Shown here in pieces: positions 63,501-64,000 of a DNA stretch of 64,000 nt (position 1 is the first letter of the stretch; each line of letters begins with the position of its first letter). The position numbers were made by a program, and so were the translations under genes. Source of the DNA: Macrostomum hystrix (taxonomy: Eukaryota > Animalia > Platyhelminthes); the NCBI GenBank assembly GCA_950097015.1, contig CATNEN010000031.1:3286001-3350000 (forward strand), read 5' to 3'. The notes beneath the pieces were generated by a model. The model was not told the DNA's origin and did no database searches. It saw nothing but the letters and a program-made list of their open reading frames with translations.

Positions 63501-63849
63501 TCACTTTCCTTCAATTCAGACGAATGAAAACTGTTAGCCCTGTGATTTGGCCAGCCCAAAGGAGAGCAGCTGCTCTATGGCCCTAAAGGCAGAGAGCCAG
63601 TTAAATCTAGTCCACAACTGGTTTTGACTGGCTACATTTTTCAAACTAAACAGACTTCAGGACTCGGGCAATCAGCGACTTTCTCTACTCAGGCAGAGCT
63701 CAACGGTTTGTACTTGTAAATCCACAAATTGAATGACCTTTTTTGCACTTGTCAAACAGAATTTTTTTCGAATAGTTCTTATCGGACTCCTTTCAACCAC
63801 GAGCACTCTGCTGGTTGCGTCTGTGAGCTATTGACCCCCTAGAATAATG

Positions 63850-64000
63850 CACCCACAGCCATCCCAGTCCTCCCTGAACACCCACAGCCATCCCAGTCCT
63901 TCCTGAACACCCACAGTCATCCCAGTCCTTCCTGAACACCCACAGCCATCCCAGTCCTCCCTGAACACCCACAGCCTTCCCAGTCCTCCCTGAACACCCA
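63850..64000. repeat. 29-bp tandem repeat GAACACCCACAGCCATCCCAGTCCTCCCT, running off the window end
   Basis: Period 29 (63876 to 63905). Confidence 0.9.

Overview
Eukaryotic (animal) genomic DNA, not prokaryotic. It has GC-rich exons separated by spliceosomal introns, and roughly 30% of the window (~19 kb) is tandem minisatellite. The style suggests a free-living flatworm such as Macrostomum, but this is inference and was not tested. I rebuilt spliced gene models by hand with frame-consistent junctions. From left to right they are: DENND11/LCHN (-, 3 exons); an intronless KLF10/11-type zinc-finger factor (+); an NPY/NPF-family GPCR (+, 2 coding exons); two tandem intronless CNBP-like CCHC/RGG genes (-); MOCS1A/MoaA with no adjacent MoaC (-, 3 exons); a CEP170-like FHA gene (-); and a RasGRP-type GEF (-, 14 exons, 5' end apparently beyond the window). 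Most long ORFs in the supplied track are translated minisatellites. Mobile DNA includes a tRNA-derived SINE family (4 copies), an RNase H-bearing LINE remnant and several MITE-like inverted repeats. The most notable observations are four. CEP170 has no genomic start codon for its FHA exon, consistent with a spliced-leader AUG or with in-frame read-through from RasGRP. Minisatellites contain or directly abut splice sites, including a GC-AG intron filled with ~100 acceptor-like repeats. Related minisatellite arrays occur as inverted pairs bracketing exons. The two CNBP-like copies are near-identical only within their coding sequence.
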